Shown here: piece by piece, positions 1 through 9,198 of the stretch
How positions within the stretch are numbered: position 1 is the first letter of the stretch
Layout of the letters: each line of letters opens with the position of its first letter
DNA from: Erysipelotrichales bacterium
Lineage (GTDB): Bacteria; Bacillota_I; Bacilli_A; Erysipelotrichales; Erysipelotrichaceae
Direction: 5' to 3'
Assembly: GCA_038331365.1 (NCBI GenBank)
Contig: JBBQOY010000001.1
Span: 1-42,564, forward strand
DNA: 42,564 nucleotides
Made by a program: the position numbers and the translations under genes
The notes under the pieces: generated by a model
The model's database searches: none
What the model was told of the DNA's origin: nothing
Seen by the model: only the letters and a program-made list of their open reading frames with translations

Positions 1-377
1 GTATCACCATCGGTGGTTTGTTGTCCACATAAATACAACTCAAAAGGTGTCTTTAAACATTCAACAGCATACGCCAAGGTATGTGAAGTCGCTAAAACAT
101 CTGCGCCAGCAAAAGCCTTATCACTGATCAAAACTGCTTCATCAGCACCCAAGGCCAAAGCTTCAATCAAAACTGCTTTCGCTTGCGGTGGACCCATCGT
201 GATGACCGTAATATGTGCCCCTTGGGCATCTTTAAGCTGTAAAGCAGCTTCTAAAGCAACCAAATCAAAAGGATTCATTTTGGTGCTTGCTGCCCAACGC
301 ATTAGAGATCCTGTTTTTGGATCAATTTTAACATCTTGAGTAGCTGGGACTTGTTTGATAAAGACGATGATTTTCAT
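1..377 (-). CDS. etfB: Electron transfer flavoprotein beta subunit, N-terminal 125 codons; the rest lies beyond the left window edge
   Basis: Absent from the ORF track because it runs off the edge. Minus-strand translation from ATG 377..375 gives MKIIVFIKQVPATQDVKIDPKTGSLMRWAASTKMNPFDLVALEAALQLKDAQGAHITVITMGPPQAKAVLIEALALGADEAVLISDKAFAGADVLATSHTLAYAVECLKTPFELYLCGQQTTDGD. This carries the conserved EtfB blocks IKQVP, MGPPQA, AFAGAD..AT and CG.Q..DGD. The plus ORF 13..339 is its antisense shadow. Confidence 0.85.
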   Translation of the reverse strand, partial: MKIIVFIKQVPATQDVKIDPKTGSLMRWAASTKMNPFDLVALEAALQLKDAQGAHITVITMGPPQAKAVLIEALALGADEAVLISDKAFAGADVLATSHTLAYAVECLKTPFELYLCGQQTTDGD

Positions 378-1054
378 AGGTTTTCCTCGATCTTATTAAC
401 GGTTTGAAGATGGTTGCGCATGGTTTCAATCGCGCGGACCTTATCCTTTGCCTGGATTGCTGAAGCGATGTTCTGATGTTGAGCAACAAGCGCTTCACTG
501 TAATCTTTATTCGATAAGATTTTTGTTCGATTATAACTGACGGAATGCTTCAATAATTCTTCGATGAGTTCTGCCGTTGTAATGAGAAAGACATTGTGAC
601 TCAAACGGAAAATCTCTTGATGAAAAGCAATATCCAAGGTCATGGCGATGGTTTCCCCTTTAAGCTGATCCTCTTTCATCTTAGTTGTAATCCTGCGTAA
701 TTCTGTCGTGTCATTTTGATCACAAGCCAAGGCTACTGCATCACATTCTAATAGTTCACGAAAATGAAGTAGATCGGGGTCAAAATGAGGCTTATTTTGA
801 AGCGATAAGGCCATTAAGGTTGAAATCGGACGATAACTAAATGAAGCGACGACCCGTTTACCTCCATGCCTTACTTTGATCAGTCCTAGTAATTGTAATG
901 CAATCAAAGCTTCTCTTAATAGAGCCCTGGAAACATTAAATTGTTCACTTAAAAGCCGCTCTCCAGGTAAAAAATCGCCTTCTTTCCAAGACCGATCGGC
1001 AATATTCCTGATCATCAAATCAATGATTTCATCGCTAGTTTTTGTTGTTGTCAT
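374..1054 (-). CDS. GntR-family transcriptional regulator, FadR subfamily (winged HTH plus FCD-like C-terminal domain)
   Basis: N-terminal LPGERLLSEQFNVSRALLREALIALQLLGLIKVRHGGKRVV is a typical GntR wHTH, followed by a helical C-terminal domain of FCD size. Its TGA stop overlaps the etfB ATG (ATGA at 374..377). Confidence 0.85.
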   Translation of the reverse strand: MTTTKTSDEIIDLMIRNIADRSWKEGDFLPGERLLSEQFNVSRALLREALIALQLLGLIKVRHGGKRVVASFSYRPISTLMALSLQNKPHFDPDLLHFRELLECDAVALACDQNDTTELRRITTKMKEDQLKGETIAMTLDIAFHQEIFRLSHNVFLITTAELIEELLKHSVSYNRTKILSNKDYSEALVAQHQNIASAIQAKDKVRAIETMRNHLQTVNKIEENL

Positions 1055-1057
1055 AAC

Positions 1058-1068
1058 TGGTCAGACCA
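1058..1068. promoter_or_regulatory. Perfect 11-bp palindrome TGGTCAGACCA, candidate FadR-type operator
   Basis: TGGT-n3-ACCA inverted repeat read directly from the sequence. It ends 3 nt upstream of the GntR-family gene's ATG and lies downstream of the predicted promoter. Confidence 0.4.
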
Positions 1069-1078
1069 CTTTGTTTTT

Positions 1079-1106
1079 AGTATAACATGACTTGTGAAAA
1101 TTGCAA
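1079..1106 (-). promoter_or_regulatory. Putative sigma-A promoter of the GntR-etfB unit
   Basis: On the minus strand: TTGCAA (1101..1106), a 16-nt spacer ending in TGT, then TATACT (1079..1084). Confidence 0.45.
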
Positions 1107-1133
1107 TATAAAATCCGGATTTCTCCGGATTTA
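1107..1133 (-). terminator. Rho-independent terminator after pnp
   Basis: Minus strand reads AATCCGGA-GAAA-TCCGGATT (8-bp stem, GNRA-like loop) followed by TTTTATA, beginning 6 nt after the pnp stop. Confidence 0.75.
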
Positions 1134-1137
1134 TTAC

Positions 1138-3315
1138 TTATCTTTTTTTATCGAAAGGCTTCTTATGTTCAAACGGTTTTCTTTCGGTAGTCGGTTTTTC
1201 AACATAGCCTTCAGGCTTAGGCAACAGGTCCTTACGGGATACATTGACTCTGCCCTTCTCATCAATTTCAGTGACGATGACTTTTACTTTGTCATATAGT
1301 TTAAAGACATCACTCGGTTTTTCAACCCGAGTATAGTCAATCTTGGATACATGGAGTAAACCATCGGTTCCAGGGAACAATTCTACGAACGCCCCAAAGG
1401 CTTCAAGACGAACAATTTTACCTTCATAGACTTCACCGACTTTAGCTGAGCGAACCAAACTTTCAATGATCATTCTGGCTTTGTCGATGGCAGCTTGACT
1501 GTTGTGATAAATCAAGACACGACCATCATCTTCAATATCGATTTTGACATTGTCACAATCAGCGATGATTTGATTGATGATTTTACCACCAGCTCCGATA
1601 ACATCACGGATTTTGTCTGCAGGAATCATCAGTTTCGCGATCTTAGGTGCGTAAGTCCCAACGTTTGTGCGAGGTTCCGCAATTGCACCCAACATGTTTT
1701 CCATGATTTCTAAACGACCAATCTTGGCTTGAGCCAAGGCTTCTTTTAAGATTTCTTTATTGAGGCCATCGATTTTGATGTCCATTTGTAAAGCAGTGAT
1801 TCCATTCTTAGTCCCAGCAACTTTGAAATCCATATCACCGAAATGATCTTCCATCCCTTGGATGTCCGTCAAAACAGTATAATGGTCGCCATATGTGACT
1901 AAACCCATCGCAATACCAGCCACTGGTGATTTAATTGGAACCCCAGCTGCCATTAAACTCATCGTGCCTGCACAAATGGATGCCTGTGAGGATGAACCGT
2001 TAGATTCTAAAGTTTCAGCAACCAAACGGATCGCATATGGGAATTCTTCTTCAGTCGGCAAAACTTGCAATAATGCTCTTTCGGCTAAAGCACCATGCCC
2101 AATTTCACGGCGTCCTGGAGAACCCATTCGACCAGTTTCCCCAACAGAGTATGGAGGGAAATTATAATGATGCATGAATCGCTTGTTATCGACATCTGAT
2201 AAATCATCGATGATTTGATTATCGCCCAATGCCCCTAAAGTACAAATGGACAAGACTTGTGTCTCACCACGAGTAAACAGCGCTGAGCCATGAACCCGAG
2301 GCAAAAGATCAATCTGAGAATTCAAAGCGCGTAATTCATTGATCTTACGACCATCCGGTCTGATTTTGTCAATTGAAATCAAACGACGTACTTCATCCGC
2401 AACGATCGAATGCGTAATTTCTTTGACTTGTTTAATGGTTTTATTTTTGACGGATTCAGATTCATAGGTCTTTGCTTCAAAATCAACGTAAGTTGCAGCT
2501 TCAATTTCATCGATGGTGTTATAACGTATCAGTTTTTCTGAAATAGAAACAGCCGCACGAAGATCTTTTTCGCAAAGTTCTTTAACCTGAGCTTGAAGTT
2601 GAGCATCGACTGCATAGAGTTTAACAACCATCTTCGATTTAGCAACTTGTTTTGCGATTTCAATTTGGAATTCGCATAATTGTTTAATATAATTATGTCC
2701 AAACATCATTGCTTCGAGCATGATTTCTTCCGAAACTTCTTTCGCAGCTGATTCAACCATATTAATGGCATCTTTGGTTCCCGCAACAATTAAGTTGATG
2801 CTGGATTTTTCCAATTCAGCCAAAGTTGGATTGATGACATAGGTTTCATTGATGTAACCAACAATGACACCTGCAATCGGACCATTGAAAGGTACATCAC
2901 TGACGCAAAGTGCCAAAGAAGCCCCAAACATTGCAGTCATATCCGGTGAACAATCATTGTCTGCTGATAAAATCGTATTAACGACTTGAACTTCATTGCG
3001 GAATCCATCCGCAAATAAAGGGCGTAAGGTACGATCAATTAAACGACCTGATAAGGTTGCGTGTTCTGTTGGACGACCTTCTCTACGAAGGAAACCTCCA
3101 GGAATCTTACCTACTGAATACAACTTCTCTTCGAAGCCGACGGTGAGTGGGAAAAAGTCAATGTCCTTGGTCACTTTTGAAGCCGTTGCTACGGATAGCA
3201 CGACGGTATCTTCATAACGAACTAAGACTGATCCACCAGCCTGTTTGGCAATTTCTCCCGTTTCGACTTGTAGATTTCTTCCACAGAAATCCAACTTAAA
3301 TACTTGCTTTGCCAT
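1138..3315 (-). CDS. pnp: Polyribonucleotide nucleotidyltransferase (PNPase)
   Basis: 725 aa with two RNase PH-like halves, then KH and S1 regions ([33 protein letters not shown]). SD AAGAGGT lies upstream of the ATG. It ends in a Lys-rich C-terminal tail. Confidence 0.97.
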   Translation of the reverse strand: MAKQVFKLDFCGRNLQVETGEIAKQAGGSVLVRYEDTVVLSVATASKVTKDIDFFPLTVGFEEKLYSVGKIPGGFLRREGRPTEHATLSGRLIDRTLRPLFADGFRNEVQVVNTILSADNDCSPDMTAMFGASLALCVSDVPFNGPIAGVIVGYINETYVINPTLAELEKSSINLIVAGTKDAINMVESAAKEVSEEIMLEAMMFGHNYIKQLCEFQIEIAKQVAKSKMVVKLYAVDAQLQAQVKELCEKDLRAAVSISEKLIRYNTIDEIEAATYVDFEAKTYESESVKNKTIKQVKEITHSIVADEVRRLISIDKIRPDGRKINELRALNSQIDLLPRVHGSALFTRGETQVLSICTLGALGDNQIIDDLSDVDNKRFMHHYNFPPYSVGETGRMGSPGRREIGHGALAERALLQVLPTEEEFPYAIRLVAETLESNGSSSQASICAGTMSLMAAGVPIKSPVAGIAMGLVTYGDHYTVLTDIQGMEDHFGDMDFKVAGTKNGITALQMDIKIDGLNKEILKEALAQAKIGRLEIMENMLGAIAEPRTNVGTYAPKIAKLMIPADKIRDVIGAGGKIINQIIADCDNVKIDIEDDGRVLIYHNSQAAIDKARMIIESLVRSAKVGEVYEGKIVRLEAFGAFVELFPGTDGLLHVSKIDYTRVEKPSDVFKLYDKVKVIVTEIDEKGRVNVSRKDLLPKPEGYVEKPTTERKPFEHKKPFDKKR

Positions 3316-3337
3316 TGTTTACCTCTTTAACTGATTA

Positions 3338-3346
3338 ATTATACCA
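3338..3346 (-). promoter_or_regulatory. Extended -10 element (TGGTATAAT) upstream of pnp
   Basis: Minus strand reads CACTTGTGGTATAAT about 22 nt upstream of the pnp ATG. The -35 region is weak. Confidence 0.5.
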
Positions 3347-3502
3347 CAAGTGCCTCTTTTCACATAACAAAGAAACCACTGAAGGATTAAAGTGCATGAG
3401 TTTTAAGTGATATAAATCAGAACGCTTTACAATAAGTCAAACTGTTTCATATTTTGAATTAAACGAACTCGAATATTTAGAATTCAAAACAAGAAAAAAG
3501 TT

Positions 3503-3972
3503 CTATATGATTTCACTTTTAAGTTTGATGGTGGGTTCAGCGATTTTACGGATGATGAACCATAAAAGCAAAGCTGTAACGATCGACGAGAAAACACCGG
3601 GTGCCCAAGTGCCAATCGAGGCAACCAAGAATCCACCTACAATGGGGGTAACAATCGATGTCATGCTTTCTAATGAAGCACTGAGCCCTAAGATGCCTCC
3701 AATCTCTTCGCTAGAGACAGCCTAGGCCAAGGCACTGCGTAAGACTGTGTTCAAAATTCCACTGGCGGCCGAGATTGGAATCAAAACAATCATCAACGAG
3801 ATGAGGTTGGGAACCAAAGCCCATAAAATGTAACTTAAAGCCAACACAAAACTTGACGCTTTCATCAATTGATTTTCTGTATACATTTTAGTGAGTTTAC
3901 CGATGGCACCGACTTGCACGATGACCACCAGAAAGATTTGGTAATATAACACTTTTCTTCATAAATATCTCC
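3503..3972 (-). pseudogene. Decayed MFS-type transporter remnant (about 150 codons of C-terminal-like sequence, frame offset near the start, in-frame TAG)
   Basis: ORF 3722..3952 (…GKLTKMYTENQLMKASSFVLALSYILWALVPNLISLMIVLIPISAASGILNTVLRSALA) stops at TAG 3722..3724. The same frame then continues for 72 codons to TAG 3503..3505: AVSSEEIGGILGLSASLESMTSIVTPIVGGFLVASIGTWAPGVFSSIVTALLLWFIIRKIAEPTIKLKSEII. Joined, the two parts resemble TM9-12 of a DHA1-type MFS. A good SD (GGAG 3969..3972) plus ATG 3962 sits one frame off, just before the A-run AAGAAAAG. Confidence 0.6.
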
Positions 3973-4094
3973 TATTAGTTTAGTTACTTAATTATTATCA
4001 TACTCAATTCATAAACACATTCAAGATGCTTTAATTTAATATTAAACAGACGATTTACAAGAATAATGAAGTTGTAATCAACATTTAAGATGAC

Positions 4095-4126
4095 ATAAAA
4101 AAACACCGATTGATTTCGGTGTTTTA
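4095..4126 (-). terminator. Rho-independent terminator after rpsO
   Basis: Minus strand has stem AAACACCGA / TCGGTGTTT (4101..4124) followed by a T7 run, 7 nt after the rpsO stop. Confidence 0.8.
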
Positions 4127-4131
4127 AGTCC

Positions 4132-4398
4132 TTATTTACGTAAGCCTAAGCGAGAAACCAAAGTACGATAACGAGCGAGATCTTCATTGCGAAGATAAGT
4201 CATTAAACTACGTCTTGTTCCAACCATCTTCATCAAACCGCGAGTTGAATGGAAATCCTTTTTGTGGATTTTGAGATGAGCGGTTAAACGATTGATTTGT
4301 TCGGTTAATACGGCAACCTGAACTTCAACTGAACCGGTATCGCCTTCAAAACGAGCGAAATCTTTGATGATGATTGTCTTTTCTACTTTTGATAACAT
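4132..4398 (-). CDS. rpsO: 30S ribosomal protein S15
   Basis: 88 aa. The block [51 protein letters not shown] is canonical S15. SD is AAGGAGGAA. Confidence 0.97.
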   Translation of the reverse strand: MLSKVEKTIIIKDFARFEGDTGSVEVQVAVLTEQINRLTAHLKIHKKDFHSTRGLMKMVGTRRSLMTYLRNEDLARYRTLVSRLGLRK

Positions 4399-4507
4399 GT
4401 TTATTCCTCCTTGTGTGTTGTCCTTCTAATCCGCGTAACAGGATGAGGAACCCTAAAACCCAGAATAAAAGCGTAATCAATGTATCATATGGGCTCATAA
4501 TATGCAA
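4399..4507 (-). promoter_or_regulatory. rpsO promoter plus structured 5' leader of about 73 nt with an anti-SD element
   Basis: Minus strand reads TTGCAT (4502..4507), a 17-nt spacer ending in TGA, then TACATT (4479..4484). In the leader, GUUCCUC (anti-SD core at plus 4445..4450) can pair with GAGGAAU of the SD (4403..4409). Confidence 0.5.
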
Positions 4508-4509
4508 GT

Positions 4510-5598
4510 TTATTCGTCTAAGAGTTCACCCAAAACAGTATTTAATAAAGGAAACCCTACTTCGGTCGTTCTAAGTGAACCATCTACTTCTTCAAGCCAT
4601 CCTTTTTCGATCAATTTCCTAATCGCTGAACAGTAATGGATATAATAGGATTCAAAGAAACGATGTTCATAGCGGTTTAAACTGATGCCTTCTTTAAGCC
4701 GCAAGCCCATCATCATAAATTCATAGCGTTGATCTTCTAAAGTTAAAGTAATTCTGTTTGAATGCCACTCCCCTTGTGAATAAGCCATTAGATTTTTATT
4801 GTTTTCGATGCGTTGGTGTTGATAAAGTGACACCGCCCCAGGTCCAATCCCAATATAATCGTCTGAGTGCCAGTAAGTTGTATTGTGTTGGGATGGCAGG
4901 TCTTTAGTGAAGTTACTGATCTCATATTGATGAAAGCCATGGTGATGGATCAATTCAATCGCCTTAAAATATATTGTCTCTTCCATCTCATCAGAGACTT
5001 TCTCAACCTTCTGACGTCCAAATTCAGAATGAGGTTCTATGGTTAGACTGTAGAGTGAAAGATGGGTTATGGGCAGTTTAAAGGCTTCTTGGATCGATTT
5101 CTCAAAACTTTCTAGGGTTTGTAAAGGTAAGCCATAGATGAGATCGACTGAGATGTTGGTAATCCCAATACGAATCAGAAGATCCATGGCTTTTTGAATG
5201 TCATCACGTGTATGCGTACGATGTAAAAGTTTGAGTTCATGTTCGTCAAAAGTTTGAACACCTAAACTCACCCGATTGATCCCATAGCGTTTAAATAACC
5301 TTACCTTCTCAAATGATAAAGATTCTGGATTGACTTCAATTGTATACTCTTGAACGAATCTTGAACTCGGTTTTATGATTTCTAAGAGAATGGTTAATTC
5401 TTTGATACTTAAAGCACTCGGGGTACCGCCACCGATATAAATGGTTTGATAAAACTGACTTGGATAAGATTCTAATTCAGCTTTTAAAGCCCCAAGGTAT
5501 TCTACGATTAGCTTTGGATGGGTCTTGACTCGAACAAAATCACAATAGGCACAGATCTTGTCACAAAAAGGGACATGGACATACAATGCCTTGGTCAT
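4510..5598 (-). CDS. hemW: Radical SAM HemN-like protein (HemW-type heme chaperone / oxygen-independent coproporphyrinogen oxidase-like)
   Basis: 362 aa with YVHVPFCDKICAYCDF (CxxxCxxC) and GGGTPS motifs. It lies downstream of lepA, as in other Firmicutes. Confidence 0.9.
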   Translation of the reverse strand: MTKALYVHVPFCDKICAYCDFVRVKTHPKLIVEYLGALKAELESYPSQFYQTIYIGGGTPSALSIKELTILLEIIKPSSRFVQEYTIEVNPESLSFEKVRLFKRYGINRVSLGVQTFDEHELKLLHRTHTRDDIQKAMDLLIRIGITNISVDLIYGLPLQTLESFEKSIQEAFKLPITHLSLYSLTIEPHSEFGRQKVEKVSDEMEETIYFKAIELIHHHGFHQYEISNFTKDLPSQHNTTYWHSDDYIGIGPGAVSLYQHQRIENNKNLMAYSQGEWHSNRITLTLEDQRYEFMMMGLRLKEGISLNRYEHRFFESYYIHYCSAIRKLIEKGWLEEVDGSLRTTEVGFPLLNTVLGELLDE

Positions 5599-5873
5599 GG
5601 TTTATTTGGATATCGCGTATGAATATCCTCAAATTTACTGAGCACGACTTCTTCTGGATCTAAATCTAAATCATGACACAGGGATAAGGTATACATCAAA
5701 ACATCGGCTAATTCACTTTTGACCGCCTTTAAGTCCACCGTCACATCAAGGTAACACTCTAATAATTCCGCCGCTTCCACAACGATCGATTTGGCTAAAA
5801 TTTCTGGAGTATCTGAAACATCCCAACCTTTAGAGACCCTTAAAGCGTGGATTTTTTTGAGGAGGTCACCCAT
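5595..5873 (-). CDS. MazG-like nucleotide pyrophosphohydrolase domain protein
   Basis: 92 aa all-helical protein with EAAELLE and ELADVLMY (ExxE...ExxD) motifs. Its start overlaps the lepA stop (TAATG) and its stop overlaps the hemW start by 4 nt. Confidence 0.75.
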   Translation of the reverse strand: MGDLLKKIHALRVSKGWDVSDTPEILAKSIVVEAAELLECYLDVTVDLKAVKSELADVLMYTLSLCHDLDLDPEEVVLSKFEDIHTRYPNKP

Positions 5874-7672
5874 TAATCTTCCATGGATAAAACAGCCATG
5901 AAGGCTTCTTGCGGGACATCGACTGACCCAACTTTCTTCATGCGTTTCTTCCCTTCCTTCTGTTTCTCCAACAGTTTCTTTTTACGACTCACATCACCCC
6001 CATAACACTTCGCCAAAACGTTCTTACGCAAGGCTTTGATGTCGCTTCGAGCGATGATTTTTTGATTGATGGCTGCTTGAATGGGGATTTCAAATTGTTG
6101 TCTTGGGATCAAACCTTTCAATTTATCAACGATGACTTTACCGCGTCCATAAGCAAAATCTTTATGGACAATAATCGATAAAGCATCCACGGTTTCGGCA
6201 TTGATGAGAATATCCATTTTGACCAGTTTACTTTCTTGATAACCGATCAGTTCATAATCAAATGAGGCATAGCCTTTGGTGGCTGATTTTAGCTTATCAA
6301 AAAAATCATAGACAATTTCACCTAGCGGTAAATGATAAATCAAGGTGTTACGTGTATCATCGATATAGGTCATTTCTTGATAGATGCCACGTTTTTTCTG
6401 ACACAATTCCATAATTGGTCCAACATATTCTTTAGGTGCCATAATGGTGGCCTTGATGAAAGGCTCTTCCATATGGTCAATCTTTTGAATGTCCGGTAAT
6501 AAAGCTGGATTATCAGTTAAGATCATGGTTCCATCGGTTAAAAAAGTGTGATAAACAACTGACGGTGCAGTCGCAATTAGATTTAAATTATATTCACGTT
6601 CTAATCTTTCCTGGATAACATCCATATGAAGTAGACCTAAAAAGCCACATCTAAACCCAAAGCCCAGTGCTTGAGACGCCTCTGGATCATATTTCAAAGC
6701 AGCATCGTTAAGTTGAAGCTTCTCTAAAGCATCGCGTAATTCATTATACCGATTGGTATCCACGGGATAAAGCCCACAGAAAACCATGGAATTTAGCGTT
6801 CTATAGCCTGGTAAAGCGGTAATCGCAGGTCGTTCACTTAAAGTAATCGTATCGCCAACATGGACATCTTTAACTGATTTGACTTGAGCTGCGATCCAGC
6901 CCACTTCCCCACAGTACAAGCGATCCGTTTTGATTTCTTTTGGCGTACGAATTCCCAACTCTGTGACTTGGTATTTGGCTCCAGTTGCCATAAAGGTTAT
7001 TTGATCCCCAACTTTGATGGAGCCTTCTTTAATGCGTACATAACTGATGACCCCACGATAGGAATCATAAATCGAATCAAAGACCAAAGCCTTCAAAGGC
7101 GCATCAGGATCTCCGTTTGGGGCAGGCACTTTTTGAACAATTTGTTCTAAAACTTCACGAATATTAAGCCCATTCTTAGCTGAAATCAAAGGTGCTTCCG
7201 AGGCATCCAACCCAATGGTATTTTCAATCTCATGTCGAACCAATTCTGGTTGAGCGGAAGGCAAGTCAATTTTATTGATGACCGGTAAGATTTCTAGATT
7301 GTTATCTAAAGCCAAATAAACATTGGCTAAGGTCTGTGCTTCAATGCCTTGAGCCGCATCAACAACCAAAACGGCGCCTTCACAAGCCGCCAATGAACGT
7401 GATACCTCATAGGTAAAATCGACATGCCCCGGCGTATCAATCAAATGAAAAACATATTCTTGATTGTCCAAAGCCGTATAGTTGAGTTGAACCGCATTGA
7501 GTTTGATGGTGATTCCACGTTCTCGTTCAAGATCTAAAGTGTCTAATATTTGATCTTTCATATCTCTTAAGAAAACCGCATTGGTCATCTCTAAAATACG
7601 ATCCGCTAAAGTGGATTTACCATGGTCAATGTGGGCAATAATAGAAAAATTACGAATATACTTTTGATCCAT
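5873..7672 (-). CDS. lepA: Translation elongation factor 4 (LepA)
   Basis: 599 aa with [28 protein letters not shown] and NKIDL GTPase motifs, plus the LepA-specific C-terminus ([22 protein letters not shown]). Confidence 0.97.
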   Translation of the reverse strand: MDQKYIRNFSIIAHIDHGKSTLADRILEMTNAVFLRDMKDQILDTLDLERERGITIKLNAVQLNYTALDNQEYVFHLIDTPGHVDFTYEVSRSLAACEGAVLVVDAAQGIEAQTLANVYLALDNNLEILPVINKIDLPSAQPELVRHEIENTIGLDASEAPLISAKNGLNIREVLEQIVQKVPAPNGDPDAPLKALVFDSIYDSYRGVISYVRIKEGSIKVGDQITFMATGAKYQVTELGIRTPKEIKTDRLYCGEVGWIAAQVKSVKDVHVGDTITLSERPAITALPGYRTLNSMVFCGLYPVDTNRYNELRDALEKLQLNDAALKYDPEASQALGFGFRCGFLGLLHMDVIQERLEREYNLNLIATAPSVVYHTFLTDGTMILTDNPALLPDIQKIDHMEEPFIKATIMAPKEYVGPIMELCQKKRGIYQEMTYIDDTRNTLIYHLPLGEIVYDFFDKLKSATKGYASFDYELIGYQESKLVKMDILINAETVDALSIIVHKDFAYGRGKVIVDKLKGLIPRQQFEIPIQAAINQKIIARSDIKALRKNVLAKCYGGDVSRKKKLLEKQKEGKKRMKKVGSVDVPQEAFMAVLSMED

Positions 7673-8158
7673 TTATTTTAAAGTTCCTTGTTTCAATTTA
7701 ATCAAGAGTGGACTTAATAGAAAAGCTAAGGTCGCACTTACAATGCCTTGGATAGAATCCGGCAAAATGTAAGTGAAGAAGACGCCCCATTGGCCCCCTT
7801 CTGTAAAAACATACGCAAAGCCATAAGCGAAAGCCATGAAGAGGCCACCCAATAGAAAGGCAAAATATTTTAGAGATTTTGGTAACTTCCAATAGACTAA
7901 AGCAACAATCAAAGCTTCCAATCCTTTGATGATCAAAGTAAATGGAGCAAAGAGTCCATAGCCCAAAGCATAATCACCAATCATTGGACCAATACCCGCA
8001 AGTAAAGAGAGTACCGGGGTAAAGACAATCCCAAAACTTAAAACTAAGACATCGCCTAAATTGAAGTACCCAATGGCATAAGGCACCATGAAATAAATGG
8101 TCAATAGCGCACTTCCCGCTGTTAAGATCCCCATTAATGCGATTGTTTTTGTTTTCAT
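7673..8158 (-). CDS. Small polytopic membrane protein resembling an ECF-transporter S component (substrate unknown)
   Basis: 161 aa with about 5-6 TM segments and a GIGPMIGDYALGYG...IKGLEALIV pattern like S components. It abuts lepA (TAAATG) and overlaps fmt by 4 nt. No ecfA or ecfT gene is in the window. Confidence 0.55.
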   Translation of the reverse strand: MKTKTIALMGILTAGSALLTIYFMVPYAIGYFNLGDVLVLSFGIVFTPVLSLLAGIGPMIGDYALGYGLFAPFTLIIKGLEALIVALVYWKLPKSLKYFAFLLGGLFMAFAYGFAYVFTEGGQWGVFFTYILPDSIQGIVSATLAFLLSPLLIKLKQGTLK

Positions 8159-9084
8159 TCGAAAATTCCATGGAGCAGGTTCTTACCTAACCCGTTATAG
8201 AAAGCACTGGCCTCCATTTTTTCCTTTCCTTCAAACTGACATTGCGTGATCACAACATACCCTCCTTGACAGGCAATCTTTAAACCCTGCTCAAAGGCAA
8301 CGAATTCTCCTAAAGTATGATCGTGGGTTTCTTCAATCTTGAAAGCTTTAATCAATTTCAATTTCTTTCCATTGATTAACCCATACCCAATCGGCCAAGG
8401 AGATAAACCACGAATGTGGTTGTAGACAAGTGAAACATCACGTCTTATAGAAATAAATTCTTCTGCGGGTAAGATATTATAGGCAAAACTTACCTTATCT
8501 TCATCTTGAGGAAAACTTGGCACATTTGTTTGTAACAAACTTGGCAATTTTTCCTTGAGTAACTTAGCCCCTGCAACCATTAGTTTATCATGAAGTGACA
8601 AAACATCGTCATCTTCTCCTATGGGAACTTGAATAGAAGCAATCAGTTCACCTGCATCCATCTGTTTTACCATCCGCATCAAAGTCACCCCAGTTGTTTT
8701 ATCTCCATTGATTAACGCTCTATGAATGGGGGCACCCCCACGATATTTCGGCAATAGGGAAGCGTGGACATTGATTGCTCCAAAAACCGGGGCTTCTAAT
8801 ATCGAACTTGGGATGAATTGCCCATAAGCGCAGGTAACAATTAGATCCAAGTTCAAATCCTGGATGTTTTGAGTCAATTCTTTGATCTTATATGGCTGAA
8901 AAATAGAAAGTTGTTGTTGCAAAGCAAGTTTTTTTACTGGTGATGGGGTCAATATCTGTTTACGTCCAACCGGCTTATCAGGTTGGGATACAACCCCTAC
9001 GACTTCAATTTCACTGTTTAGCAGTACCTGAAGGATACTGACCGCAAATTCAGGCGTACCCATAAATAGCGCTCTTTTTCTCAT
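8155..9084 (-). CDS. fmt: Methionyl-tRNA formyltransferase
   Basis: 309 aa with FMGTPEFAV, VVSQPDKPVGRKQ, HASLLPKYRGGAPI and the C-terminal Fmt domain. SD is AGGAGAG. Confidence 0.95.
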   Translation of the reverse strand: MRKRALFMGTPEFAVSILQVLLNSEIEVVGVVSQPDKPVGRKQILTPSPVKKLALQQQLSIFQPYKIKELTQNIQDLNLDLIVTCAYGQFIPSSILEAPVFGAINVHASLLPKYRGGAPIHRALINGDKTTGVTLMRMVKQMDAGELIASIQVPIGEDDDVLSLHDKLMVAGAKLLKEKLPSLLQTNVPSFPQDEDKVSFAYNILPAEEFISIRRDVSLVYNHIRGLSPWPIGYGLINGKKLKLIKAFKIEETHDHTLGEFVAFEQGLKIACQGGYVVITQCQFEGKEKMEASAFYNGLGKNLLHGIFE

Positions 9085-9142
9085 TTTGGTCTCTCCTTTT
9101 CGATACGGCTTAAATTATATCATGAACTCATATTTTTAATTC

Positions 9143-9171
9143 TTGATTTTAACAATTTGATTTGTTATAAT
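9143..9171 (+). promoter_or_regulatory. rpsT sigma-A promoter
   Basis: TTGATT (9143..9148), a 17-nt spacer ending in TGT, then TATAAT (9166..9171). The ATG lies 28 nt downstream and is preceded by AAGGAGG. Confidence 0.6.
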
Positions 9172-9198
9172 TCGTAAGCACATAAAGGAGGTGCTCGC

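Noticed and set aside
13-339. Plus-strand 108-aa ORF at the left edge
   Set aside because: It is the antisense shadow of the clearly recognisable etfB reading frame on the minus strand. It has no RBS and a low-complexity Ala/Lys/Ser composition.
3333-3350. Identical 14-mer ACTTGTGGTATAAT upstream of both pnp (3338..3351) and alaS (20205..20218)
   Set aside because: Most of the match is the Firmicute extended -10 consensus TRTGnTATAAT. By rough estimate, several chance 14-mer matches are expected in 42 kb of AT-rich sequence on two strands. I see no evidence for a shared regulator site beyond the promoter itself.
3452-3489. 9-bp hairpin TTTTGAATT / AATTCAAAA downstream of the MFS remnant, considered as a terminator
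   Set aside because: The stem is entirely AT-rich with a 20-nt loop, and no U-tract follows it on the minus strand. It is unlikely to work as an intrinsic terminator.
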